A DNA stretch of 64,000 bases from Nitrospirales bacterium (GTDB taxonomy: Bacteria; Nitrospirota; Nitrospiria; Nitrospirales; UBA8639). Below the pieces are notes generated by a model. It was not told the DNA's origin. It searched no databases and was given only the letters and a program-made list of their open reading frames with translations. The stretch covers positions 320,001-384,000 of the forward strand of contig CBDBCZ010000014.1 in the NCBI GenBank assembly GCA_965203295.1. The letters run 5' to 3'. Below are positions 51,063-61,557 of this stretch, in pieces. How positions within the stretch are numbered: position 1 is the first letter of the stretch; each line of letters opens with the position of its first letter. Position numbers and translations under genes: made by a program.

Positions 51063-51375
51063 GGTAAGACACTATTTTATACATAAGTGCATGTATATGA
51101 GCTCTATTGCATGGCCATGTGCTGTATAGTTCATGTGCTATTGAGGCCACGTTTACACGGAGACGTTTACATCAGTAAGCGCTATCTAACCTGTCCGTTT
51201 ACGGGTCGCGTTTACACGTAAACAGCTAAAACGGGAAACAAAAACGTATTAATCTGAAGACGCCTACCAAAGTGTAGTGTTTTCAAAACGCTGCGTTTTC
51301 CTTCCGGTATAAACGCCCTAAACGGTTAACGCAGCAATTTTCCGCGTGGTTCGACTAGTCTAATTAAAGCCCAAC

Positions 51376-52656
51376 ATGGAGAACGCACTGGTAGCCTCGC
51401 TCGTGGTTCTAATAGCCGGTTTATCAGCAATCTACCAGCTCAACTGTCTTCTAATGCACATGAATAGTGCTATATACTATCTGTGGAAGAAGAAAGCTTC
51501 GCAGGTTATCGCGTTTTCCGGACAGAAGTCGACGAGAAGGCGCTTGAAAAGACTGATGAGAGTAGCCAAACCAAGGAGATTCTGGGTAAGGCCAGGGAGG
51601 ACTCGTGCATGGTGGGATAACTTTGTGACAGACACAGTAATTTCAGAGGAATGGAAAGAAAATTTCAGGATGAGTAAAGATAGTTTTTACAAGCTGTGTG
51701 AGGAGCTACGTCCTTACATCCAGAGGCAGACAACTATCATGCGCTCACCTGTCGAAGTTGAAAGGCAAGTTGCTGTTACTCTTTACTACTTTGCTGATGA
51801 AGGTAGACTCCGAAAAACGGCGAATGCTTTTGGACTTTCTAGGCCATGTGTTTCAATTATTATTCGTCGTGTAGCACGTGCTGTAGCTGTTCACCTTGGA
51901 CCGAAGTATATACAACTTCCATTGACTGAAGATGCTGTGAAGGACAAGGTGACAAACTTTTTTCAAACTTTTGGTGTTCCACAGTGTCTTGGTGCTGTTG
52001 ATGGCACTCATATTGAAATAAAGCAGCCTTCAGTCAATTCTACTGACTACGTAAACAGGAAAAGCCGTTTCTCTCTAAATGTTCAGGCTTGCTGTGACTA
52101 CAAGTACTGCTTTATGGATGTTGTTGTCAAATGGCCAGGAAGCGTTCATGACGCACGGATATTTTTTAATTCGAAATTGAATCACTTGCTGAAAGCCAAG
52201 AAAATACCTGCATGTCCACGATCTATTCTGGAAGATGAAGACACTATTCCAGTGTTCCTTGTGGGAGACCCAGCATATCCATTGATGCCCTACCTAATGA
52301 AGGAATATGCAAATAGTGGATCTTCTCGACAGGAACAATATTTTGGGTACAGGCTTTGTAGTGCAAGAAATGTGATTGAATGTGCATTTGGGCATCTAAA
52401 AGCTAGATTTGCTATACTTAAGCGAGCAATGGACATTAATATGGATGACTTGCCATTTGTTATATACGCCTGTTTTGTCCTTCATAATTTCTGCGAAATA
52501 AATAGAGAGTCTGTAAGCGAAGAAAGAGTTAGAATGGCTATTAGCTATGATAGGGATTTTCAACCGAGAACTACTACCAATAAGTACCTGACTGATTGTA
52601 ATGAAGCCGAGGGGAAGAGGGTGAGAAGAGTTCTTACAAAGTATTTCGACCCCTAG
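51376..52656 (+). CDS. Harbinger DDE transposase (HARBI1-like), 426 aa
   Basis: [54 protein letters not shown]. Confidence 0.97.
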   Translation: MENALVASLVVLIAGLSAIYQLNCLLMHMNSAIYYLWKKKASQVIAFSGQKSTRRRLKRLMRVAKPRRFWVRPGRTRAWWDNFVTDTVISEEWKENFRMSKDSFYKLCEELRPYIQRQTTIMRSPVEVERQVAVTLYYFADEGRLRKTANAFGLSRPCVSIIIRRVARAVAVHLGPKYIQLPLTEDAVKDKVTNFFQTFGVPQCLGAVDGTHIEIKQPSVNSTDYVNRKSRFSLNVQACCDYKYCFMDVVVKWPGSVHDARIFFNSKLNHLLKAKKIPACPRSILEDEDTIPVFLVGDPAYPLMPYLMKEYANSGSSRQEQYFGYRLCSARNVIECAFGHLKARFAILKRAMDINMDDLPFVIYACFVLHNFCEINRESVSEERVRMAISYDRDFQPRTTTNKYLTDCNEAEGKRVRRVLTKYFDP

Positions 52657-53105
52657 ACTGTTTACCCTATGTAATGTGTGCATACATTGTACTTACCACT
52701 TGACTTTACTTGTATTTGTCTATTGTATTCAAAATGTATGATCTCTTTATTAATTTCCAGTGAAACTCCCCACACACACACACTACAACACACGCTTGCA
52801 TAAACACAAACACGCGAACATGCACACATACACACACACACACACTAACTACAGCTGTCCTTGCATGCATCTCACAGTTATGTATACATGTAGAAAGTTG
52901 CTTGATGCTAAGTGATGACATGGAGAAACTGCAGAAAGCAATTCACAGCTGTTATCTTGTACACAGGAGGAACTAATTTTGTTCTCTTAGAGGTGCCATG
53001 CATGCTCATGCATAATTATTAGTAGCAATGAGTGGCCATAAAGAGTTCTTCCATCAGTGTTCATTACAACAAGTATTATTGTAATACATACTGATCTATC
53101 AGTTT

Positions 53106-54083
53106 TCAGTCTTGTCCATATCCATCTTCAGCAGACGAGGGATCAAATGCAGAGGGATTAAATGCGCCATAGGGACCAGGAGAAGGCATTGATGGTTGAA
53201 AAGGATATACCTGACTTGGCTGTGGATGTGGGTACATAGATTGCAGACCGACTAGGTTTTGCAGAATGGAAAATCCATTTGCTATTGAATTCGTCAGCTT
53301 TTCCATATTTGTAGATAGTCTAGACATATTCTTACTGTATTGTTTCTCCATCCGATCCATTTGATCAACGAGTTTCCGTTTGATTCGGAGTTCCTCCTGT
53401 GCACAAGATAACAGCTGTGAATCGACAGGAAGCTTACGCTTCAATTTCTCCTGCTTAAAATTGCTTAGTTTTGCATCAAGCAACTTTCTTCTATGACCAA
53501 CAGCTGACTGTGGGACAGATGCTGGAGTGGTTGCTGTTGATTCTTCACTGTCATCGTGACAAGCTAATGACTCTGGCTCTTTGGGATCTGACGAATTTGA
53601 ACCACAGGACTCACCCTGGGAGACTGGAGACTCTGGGGATTGTTCTATAACCGATTCACTACTGGTGGGATCGATATCACCGGTTTCTAGCCCTCCTTCA
53701 ATTTGATCAGTGGCTGGCGATCCCCCCCAAATTCTCTCGCACAACTCGTAATACAGAAGAACTACTCTCCCATGGCCACTGCGTCTCCCAGAGTCTACTG
53801 CGTGCCGATACTTCAATCGTATATTTTTCAGTTTTGTCGACAGAATTTGTTTAGTGATAGCACTTCTTTCATGGGGATAGTCTTTACCGCTCTCTCTTGC
53901 TTCCTCTGGACTAGATGGCAATGCTTCCTGCATAAGCACTAGTATGTCGTCATACTTACTTTTTACTGACTCCCAGTCAACGCTCTCAGAACTCTTTTGG
54001 ACTTTGTACTCGTTAGCAACGGTAAGGAGAAGTTCCGCCTCGTCGTCTGTCCATTTAAACTCGTTCCCTGTTTTTCTAGGCAT
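53106..54083 (-). CDS. Harbinger Myb/SANT-like DNA-binding protein, ~325 aa
   Basis: FKWTDDEAELLL..W..KLKNIRLKYRHAVDSGRRSGHGRVV..IWGGSPA, with a C-terminal coiled coil. Confidence 0.92.
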   Translation of the reverse strand: MPRKTGNEFKWTDDEAELLLTVANEYKVQKSSESVDWESVKSKYDDILVLMQEALPSSPEEARESGKDYPHERSAITKQILSTKLKNIRLKYRHAVDSGRRSGHGRVVLLYYELCERIWGGSPATDQIEGGLETGDIDPTSSESVIEQSPESPVSQGESCGSNSSDPKEPESLACHDDSEESTATTPASVPQSAVGHRRKLLDAKLSNFKQEKLKRKLPVDSQLLSCAQEELRIKRKLVDQMDRMEKQYSKNMSRLSTNMEKLTNSIANGFSILQNLVGLQSMYPHPQPSQVYPFQPSMPSPGPYGAFNPSAFDPSSAEDGYGQD

Positions 54084-54749
54084 CTTCTCAAGAAACAGAT
54101 GAACCGCGTACCGCGCCTGATTCTCCCATCTCACGTGCACTTTACGTGTACACGTGATTGAAACGTATTCATGTAAACGCGGGCAAAAACGGATTCCGTT
54201 TGTGTAAACGCGGTTTAAACGGATTCCGTTTAAACCGCGTTTTCATCCAGGGGTGCGGAAACGTCTCCGTGTAAACGTGGCCTGAATTGGAGATGTTTAC
54301 CCAGCAGTTGTACATGTAGCAATTCACTAGGACTCTCCCCACATTACTCTTGCTCTCTTGGAAGGCCTGGGAATATGACTAGCACATATAGCCCCTCTCT
54401 CAGCTCTTACGTGTGGCTGTAGCTATATAGTCATAGCTCCTTCAAAGTGCTGGGTTTTACACGGGCATGATTATTCATGGCGGGGCTGAAGATATTTCCC
54501 TCTGGATTTTACAAAAAAACTTGCCACATACTCAGCCACATACTCAGTGATTGAAACTTGCACGTTTTCCCACATGGTCTAAATAGCACAGAATGTTAAT
54601 TAGTGAAAAATATGGCAATTTTAATAATTCACAATTTTGGCAGTACTCATTTTTGGGGAGAGAGGCAGTAATCTCAGCCCCCCCCCCATGCAACCCTGGA
54701 GTATGTTCCAGATAGAAGTCCCAAGTCTTAAGGTATCAATACTTTACTT

Positions 54750-55270
54750 TTAGTTTGTTCGTGTGTTCGTCCATCACGGATGTGACGTCACCCACGTGTT
54801 TGTACAAGAAAATGCGAGATGTCCTGCCCTGACCTTCAACCTGACCCTACCTTCACCCTGCATGTTTAATCGAGCGATGAGATATTTTTGTGGCGTCATC
54901 GTCTAGAAGTAGTAGTAGTAGTAAGTAGCCGGAACCCAGTGCTCGCAATCGCCAAAGCCGCCATCGCGCGAGAATGCCAGTGCAGGAGATGGACGACTGT
55001 CACCGAATACGGGGGCGAAGAGGGCTGCTTGAGCTGGACAGAGCCAACTCAAGAGAGACGCCCAACAGCAGTAGAAGCTGCCCATCTGCAGAGACTGGAA
55101 CAACGGAAAATGCGGCTCTGCTACCTGTGAATTCAGGCACATCTGCATCGAGTGTCACGGCGATCACCCGGAAATTTTTTGCCCCAGGCAACGACTGAAA
55201 CCATACTACAAACCCTTTCGGCCTACGCAAAGGTACCAGTCCTACAGAAGCCCCTTTCGAAGGGGACGAG
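54750..55270 (+). mobile_element. Possible Helitron/Helentron-like remnant
   Basis: T-rich start with ttcgt repeats, decayed R/E-rich coding (KAAIARECQCRR), terminal hairpin cccctttcgaagggg. Confidence 0.35.
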
Positions 55271-55574
55271 GAGGCGGCCAGCGTTGAGGCCCCCTCCTCT
55301 ACTAACTTAGATCCCATGCACCATTACAATCGCATGAACACCCAATTATTTTTACCCATTTTTGGAAGATTATTACCCTCCATTGATGCTCCTGCACCCA
55401 CACACCGACAGTTGATTATCAGCACCTTCACACGGTATAACACACAGCAGCAATAGGCAGGACGCTAAGCAAGATTCAAGCAACAGCTCCACCGTAACCC
55501 CCCACTCACCCACCACTCGTAACACACATGTAATTAATCACATTAAAGCCCCTGATGGGTCAAAAATTCATGCG

Positions 55575-55931
55575 TATACAGCGGACCTACTAGCCCTCCA
55601 GTCATGTTGCCCAGTCACCACCAACCCTCTTCCTCCCAGCTGTTGCAACATCGTAACCCCTTTACAAGCAGATGCCTGGGAAAGGGCCTTGGCCAATCAC
55701 CCGGATCGCAGGTTCAGTAACTACATAGTAGCGGGGATAACCAATGGTTCAGAGTTGGCTTTGAGCACGGCTCACACAACTTGCAGCTAGCCAGGGCGAA
55801 CATGCAGTCAGCATTAGAGTACCCTGAGCCAGTGCTGAACTACTTGCGAGCAGAGGTAGAGGCTGGACAGGTGATTGGTCCCCTAGAGCCAGCACAGTTC
55901 CCGTCAGTTCAAGTAAGCAGTTTCGGGGTGA
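55575..55931 (+). pseudogene. DIRS/Ngaro RT N-terminal fragment
   Basis: IVTPLQADAWERALANHPD..GITNG../NMQSA..YLRAEVEAGQVIGP..VSSFGVI, truncated. Confidence 0.8.
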
Positions 55932-56419
55932 TAATGATTATTGGAAATAGTTTTTGCGCGTGCCCTGACCCTTGCAGCTTGGCTGCTGCGCTATAGCGCT
56001 AGCTAGCCTAGCCACGATCCATCTGCTACTGTAGTCTGCTTGGAGTTGCAGTATCAGTGTAGTTGCTAGATATTAATGTCTTTGTTGCGGTCTTCGTTCA
56101 GCAGACTGTCTTGGTATGTTGCTTGCCTCGTACCCAGTCTGGTTTGTCCATTAGCGCATTTTAATTTCTCTTGGCTGGTCGTGTATATACTTAATACTGA
56201 GCCAAAGTGTTAATGATGAGCGTACAGAGTGCTAAAAAAATGGAACCGTTCTCATGAGAACTCGCGAGAGCTCACCGATTACCGTTTGGGTTCGCACCCT
56301 CCGTTTTCGCGAGAACAGCGTAGAGAGAATTAACGAATTACCGCGAGATCTCGTGCGCTTACGCGTAGCTGGCGAGTTTTTGAGAGTTACCGCGAACCTT
56401 TACACCCGGGAGGCTATTT

Positions 56420-59028
56420 GAAGGCCCTATTGGAAAAGAGGGATAACCAGCATTCTAGTCGATTTTGACGTTTTGACCCCATTTGTAAGCTGTATCTGTC
56501 TAGAGCAGCCACGCGAAATTTTTCACCGCGATCTTTTGTTTTTAGAGCAAAATACGTAATTCAATGTTTGGTGCACGTGAGCTACGTGTTACGTCACCGA
56601 GAGAGAAATGGCTAGCACAACCCCTGGAGCTGAGGAATCTAGGCGCGGACGAAAGCGATTACGATATCAAGAGGAGTGGAAAAGGAAGAAAAGAAAGCTC
56701 CAAAAGGACAAAGGGGAGACTTACACAACTTACAAAGGCGAACGAAGAGCTGCGAAACAGCTGGTGAGTCTTACCTGTCACTGTGCGTATCATTGCCGCG
56801 AGAGAGTGACCGAGGTCGAGCGCGAGAGAATTTTCAAGGCCTTTTATCAGCTTGGAAGCAATGACGCTCAAAACAAGTATCTCTATGGCTTGATTCGAAA
56901 GAAGATTGTCAAGCGACGAACACGAGGCGCTGCAAGACCTCGAAGCCACATCCTTAGCTACCACGTGCGTTTGCGTGATGGTAGTCACGTGCAGGTTTGC
57001 AAACACGCTTTTTGTGATCTGCACGCAATTGGCAAACGGAGGGTTGAAAACCTAGTAGCCAAGCTTACAGCTGGTGTTCTTGTAGCAACTGATCAGCGGG
57101 GTAAGCACAAAAATCGACCCCATGCTACTTCTGAGGCAACCAAACAGAAAATCAGAGAGCATATCAAGACATTCCCTCGTAGAAAGAGCCATTACTCTCG
57201 CTCTGACAACAGGAAAAGGGAATACTTGGATGAAAACCTTAGCATTTCTCGAATGTATTTATTATACCTAGAGAAACACGAGACTCAGGTGAAAGAGACC
57301 GGAGCTAAACCTGAGGTAAAGGAATGGCTCTACAGAAAAATATTTAACGAGGAATTCAATCTGAGCTTTGGCTACCCGCGAAGCAATACATGTGAGACTT
57401 GTGATTTGCTACATGTAACAATACAGGCTTCTAAGTCTGAGGCAGAGAGAGTAGAGCTGCAACTTGAACTTGTTGCTCACCAGGAGAAAGCAAGCCAGGG
57501 GTATCGCCTTTTGCGTTCAGATACAGAAGCTACAAAGAGCGCAGGAGACCACACTCTACTCACATTCGATCTCATGCAAAACCTACCAGTACCTACCCTC
57601 ACACATGGTTCAATGTTCTATTCACGGCAGCTATCGGTCTACAACTTCGGTATCCACAATACAACAACTGGTACTGCCAGCATGTACATGTGGAACGAGG
57701 CCATTGCTAGCAGGGGTGCTGATGAGATTTGTTCTTGCCTCACGCACCATTTGACGGTCCTTTCGCCACAAACGAAAAAGCTTACCTGCTATTCTGATAG
57801 CTGTTTTGGACAGAACAAGAATTTCCAAATGTTTTGTTTCTGGAATCAGCAGGTGCTTGAGCTCTTTGAGCAAGTAGACCACAAATTTCTTGTCAGGGGT
57901 CATACTTACCTGCCTAATGACCGGGATTTTGCGCATATTGAAAAACGCAAGGAGAGTGCTCGAGTCTATGTTCCGAAAGACTGGGAGTTGGTGGTACGTG
58001 AGGCACGCCCTTTGTCTTTATTCACTGTTGTTCCCATGGAGTCGTCCAAGTTCTTGGATTTTGCAGAGCTGTCCAAGCAGTACACACACAGGAAAAAAGA
58101 TGCCGATAAGAAGCCTGTACTTATCAGCAAGGCTGTATGGATGAACTTTGGACAAGGTGAAGATATCTCTGGTGAACTAAAGAAGCATCCAAACGAAGTA
58201 TGGCTTAGGTATTCGTATAACACGGATGAGCCATGGAGTAAAGTGAGTCTTCTTAAGGGTCGCAAAAAGTTACCGCCTTCGCGTGTAGTACCCCTGCCAG
58301 AGAAGTACCCCAATGGGCATGCTGTCAAGTCCAAGAAACTAGAGGACTTTGAACGAATGATACCGTTTCTCCCGCCTGAAAGCCGGCAGTTTTACAATGA
58401 CTTGCTTACTAGCGTACCTCATGATACTTCAAATGACTCTGATGATGACTAAGCTAGTTATATGCGTATACACTGTAGCAAGCTTGTTACATTTTTTTTG
58501 CTTCATTTCTTGTTGACTAACTGCTTGTTAAGGGTTCTGTTTATAGGCTAACATGCTCCGTTTGTATCATTCATTATTATTCATAGTTGTACCTTGTGTG
58601 CAGTTTTTCCCCTCTGATGTTTTTTGATACTCTTTGCTCTTGTTCTTTGACTGGGGAGTTTTGAAACTTCGTCTGGTGCATGGTCAATGGCATTAACACT
58701 AAGGCAGCAACAGATTACCTTACACTGGTGGTCTTTTACAACTTACTTGGGTTCTTCTGTGCTGTTTTCGCTTGGAACGCATGCTGTTCCACTTATCCCC
58801 CTTTTCCAGTGAACGTACAGTCTGTGAGCACATTGAGATTGCGCTAACTTCTGTAATGGTTTGACAGCTCAGATATTGTGCATAATGTTACACTAACCTG
58901 TGTGCCACTGTGGCAAAGTCTCATAAGTATAGGATTCAGGATAGTGTCAGTACAGAATCAGAACTTTAAACTCAATTTTCTCAAAAGTAACAGAATGTCA
59001 TTTATACCCTTTTTCCACTGACCCCTTC
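56420..59028. mobile_element. Sola1-type DNA transposon
   Basis: Imperfect TIR gaaggccctattggaaaagagggataa vs gaaggggtcagtggaaaaagggtataa, 4-bp TSD ATTT. Confidence 0.88.
56608..58452 (+). CDS. Sola1 transposase, 614 aa, intact
   Basis: VCKHAF, SHYSR, FNEEFNLSF..TCETCD, TFDLMQ, YSRQLSVYNF, YSDSCFGQNKN, GHTYLPNDRDF. Confidence 0.92.
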   Translation: MASTTPGAEESRRGRKRLRYQEEWKRKKRKLQKDKGETYTTYKGERRAAKQLVSLTCHCAYHCRERVTEVERERIFKAFYQLGSNDAQNKYLYGLIRKKIVKRRTRGAARPRSHILSYHVRLRDGSHVQVCKHAFCDLHAIGKRRVENLVAKLTAGVLVATDQRGKHKNRPHATSEATKQKIREHIKTFPRRKSHYSRSDNRKREYLDENLSISRMYLLYLEKHETQVKETGAKPEVKEWLYRKIFNEEFNLSFGYPRSNTCETCDLLHVTIQASKSEAERVELQLELVAHQEKASQGYRLLRSDTEATKSAGDHTLLTFDLMQNLPVPTLTHGSMFYSRQLSVYNFGIHNTTTGTASMYMWNEAIASRGADEICSCLTHHLTVLSPQTKKLTCYSDSCFGQNKNFQMFCFWNQQVLELFEQVDHKFLVRGHTYLPNDRDFAHIEKRKESARVYVPKDWELVVREARPLSLFTVVPMESSKFLDFAELSKQYTHRKKDADKKPVLISKAVWMNFGQGEDISGELKKHPNEVWLRYSYNTDEPWSKVSLLKGRKKLPPSRVVPLPEKYPNGHAVKSKKLEDFERMIPFLPPESRQFYNDLLTSVPHDTSNDSDDD

Positions 59029-59177
59029 ATTTATACAGTGAGTTTTAGCATTTTTGGTTCTATTTGGATTTATTAGATCCTGCAAGTATATTTTGTTGTA
59101 TTTGAAAAAGCACTTTACCAACTCCCCTACGGCCCGCTTCATCGTACTCCACTCCTTTACAGAACATGCATACACAC

Positions 59178-61432
59178 TAGTGATGAGCGATAGTATCGAT
59201 ACCAGCGATAATATCGATATTTTGCGGTTATCGCTAGTACATCGATGATGCACATCGCATATTGCTAACATCGGAATTACGTCATCATTGTTATAGCTAC
59301 CTTGTGGCACGTGCATGCAGTCATCAGCGGGTCTGTCTACTCTTGTTTGGGGCGCTAGCGATCAGCGAGATGTCTGAACACCTGAGAAAACATGATCTAG
59401 TTCCTCTCAAAAACGCTACAAGTGAGGTATGGCGCTATTTCGGGTTCAAGCACAAGGATGGCACGATCGTGGACAGTCGAGAGGTGAGCGCTAGCACGTG
59501 TCTATGTAGCTATCACGATGAAGTCTCGTAGTCAGACTTCGGCTTGCCAGCCATTGTGTGATGGTGGCGAGCCTAGGTCCTGTCACGAGGCTAGCACAGT
59601 ACTTGTTTAGTTTGTCTGAAGTCATAACTCGGGATACTTCAGTGGTTGATTGTCTATTGCTTTCTTTGCACACAACACAGGTGCTTTGTGCTTTGTGCTT
59701 TGTGTAGCCCCTTGGCAAAACTTCGATACAGTGGTAATACCACCAACCTATTTTCTCACCTAAAAAACAAACACCTCCCTATTTATAACAACCTCAAGCG
59801 CAGCATGAAAGCAGCCAGCACTTCCCCGCCACAAGGGCCAGGAAGCAGCCAGCAAGGGCCAGCATTGATCGCTGTGTACAAATGCATCAGAAGCTGTCTT
59901 CTGATAGCCAGCAGGCCCGAGGGATCACAAAAAGTGTAGGGTATTTCATTGCCAAAGATATGATGCCACTAAATGTGGTCTATGGCAAAGGGTTTTGTCA
60001 CATGTTAGAGAAGCTAAATCCGAGATACCAAGTTCCCAGTCGAAAAACAATGACAGAGAAGGTCCTTCCAGCCATGTATGCTGAGGTAAAAGAAACAAAG
60101 GTCCTGCCAGCAATTCAGGCAGCAGAATATTGTGCCCTCACAACAGACTGCTGGACGAGCAGAAGCAACGATAGCTACATTGGACTAACAGTACACTTTC
60201 TCACCTCCGATTGGCATCATCAGCATTTTACCTTGGAGAATCGAGAGCTCCCTGGTAGTCACACAGCCGAGCACTTGGCAGAAACACTCAGGGAAATTCT
60301 AAGCAACTGGAAGATCGCAGAGTCAAAAGTCAGTTGCACCACTATTGACAATGCAGCCAACATTCACAAGACTCTTGCGGATGTGCCGGAGTGGCCATAC
60401 CTACACTGTTTTGCACATACCCTGAACTTGTGCGTGCAAGCAGGTCTCGATGTTCCCAGGATTCGACACGCTATCAGTATGTGCTCTCGTCTAGTAGCCC
60501 ACTTCCGAAGGTCCAGTAAGGCCACATATGCTCTTGAGGAGAAACAAAGAGCTCTAAGTGTTTCTGAGCATAATCTGATCCAAGATGTGGTGACACGATG
60601 GAACTCCACCTTTGACATGATTGAGCGAATTCTTGAGCAACAAACCCCCATCTGTGCTGCCCTTGTTGACCTCAAGAGAATGGACCTCCTTCCCAGAGAT
60701 GAGGAGTTTCTTCTGTGTGAGGCTCTTGTCCAAGTTTTGCAGCCATTCAAGCACATCACAGAGACAGTTTGTGGTGAGGCTTACACCACCGTATCATCCA
60801 TTAAGCTCCTGCTTCACCACTTGCTGAATGTTGCCCTGGTGCCTAAGGCCAGTGATGCAGCTCCCGTCAAGAAAATGAAGGAAACGATGGAAACCAACCT
60901 TAGGAGCCGCTACTCATTGCCTGAGACTGATGAATTCTTGAGAATTGCATGCTTCCTCGATCCCAGGTTCAGATCTTTGCCATTCCTGAGCATCAGCGAA
61001 AGGCATGATGTACAAAAGTCTATAAGGATTCAAGTAGCTGACCTTATTGCAGATGGCCAACAGCAGAAGCCTGAAGAAGCAACCACAAAGGCTGCAGAAC
61101 CCCCAGCGAAGAAGAAGAAGTCTGACAGTGGACAGGCTGTGAAATCAATCTTAGCTGGAATATTTCAGTCTAGCGCTACACGGAGCGACAAGTGTGCAGA
61201 AGATCAGGCTGAGGATGAGATACTGCAGTACATCAAAGAGAAGCCTCTCGAGTTGAAGGGAAATCCGACTGCGTGGTGGAAGGAGAACTCCTCTAGATTC
61301 CCTAACCTTGCTAAATTAGCTAAAAAATACTTATGTATACCAGCTACTAGCGTCCCAGCTGAGAGACTTTTTAGTACAGCTGGCAACATTGTTACAGCAC
61401 GGAGGGCATCTCTGAACCAGTTATATATATAG
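59178..61432 (+). pseudogene. hAT element with a ZBED1-like transposase (BED finger, DDE, dimerisation domain), disrupted and 3'-truncated
   Basis: Left end tagtgatgagcgat. Exon 59370-59483 (SEVWRYF), intron to 59680. A gtgcttt triplication and a second indel break the frame. TTDCWTS, CFAHTLNL, TRWNS, IPATSVPAERLFS. Confidence 0.9.
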
Positions 61433-61557
61433 TTACACAGATGAGAATCCTGGTGAAAAGTCTGCAAAATAATACCACATAATAACTTAATGTTTAGATA
61501 AGCGAACAGCCAGCTACATATACACGTACAGCACCTCAATGAAGAATGATTACATAC

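Larger units (their letters stand above)
51145..54282. mobile_element. Intact PIF/Harbinger transposon (3138 bp)
   Basis: Perfect 24-bp TIR ggccacgtttacacggagacgttt, 3-bp TSD TGA, two convergent ORFs. Confidence 0.97.

Noticed and set aside
51376..52656. Domesticated HARBI1 gene
   Set aside because: It sits within perfect TIRs with a TSD and a partner Myb/SANT ORF, so it is a transposon.
59882..61432. Domesticated ZBED1 gene
   Set aside because: A TIR-like left end is retained, the BED exon is frameshifted and the C-terminus is truncated.
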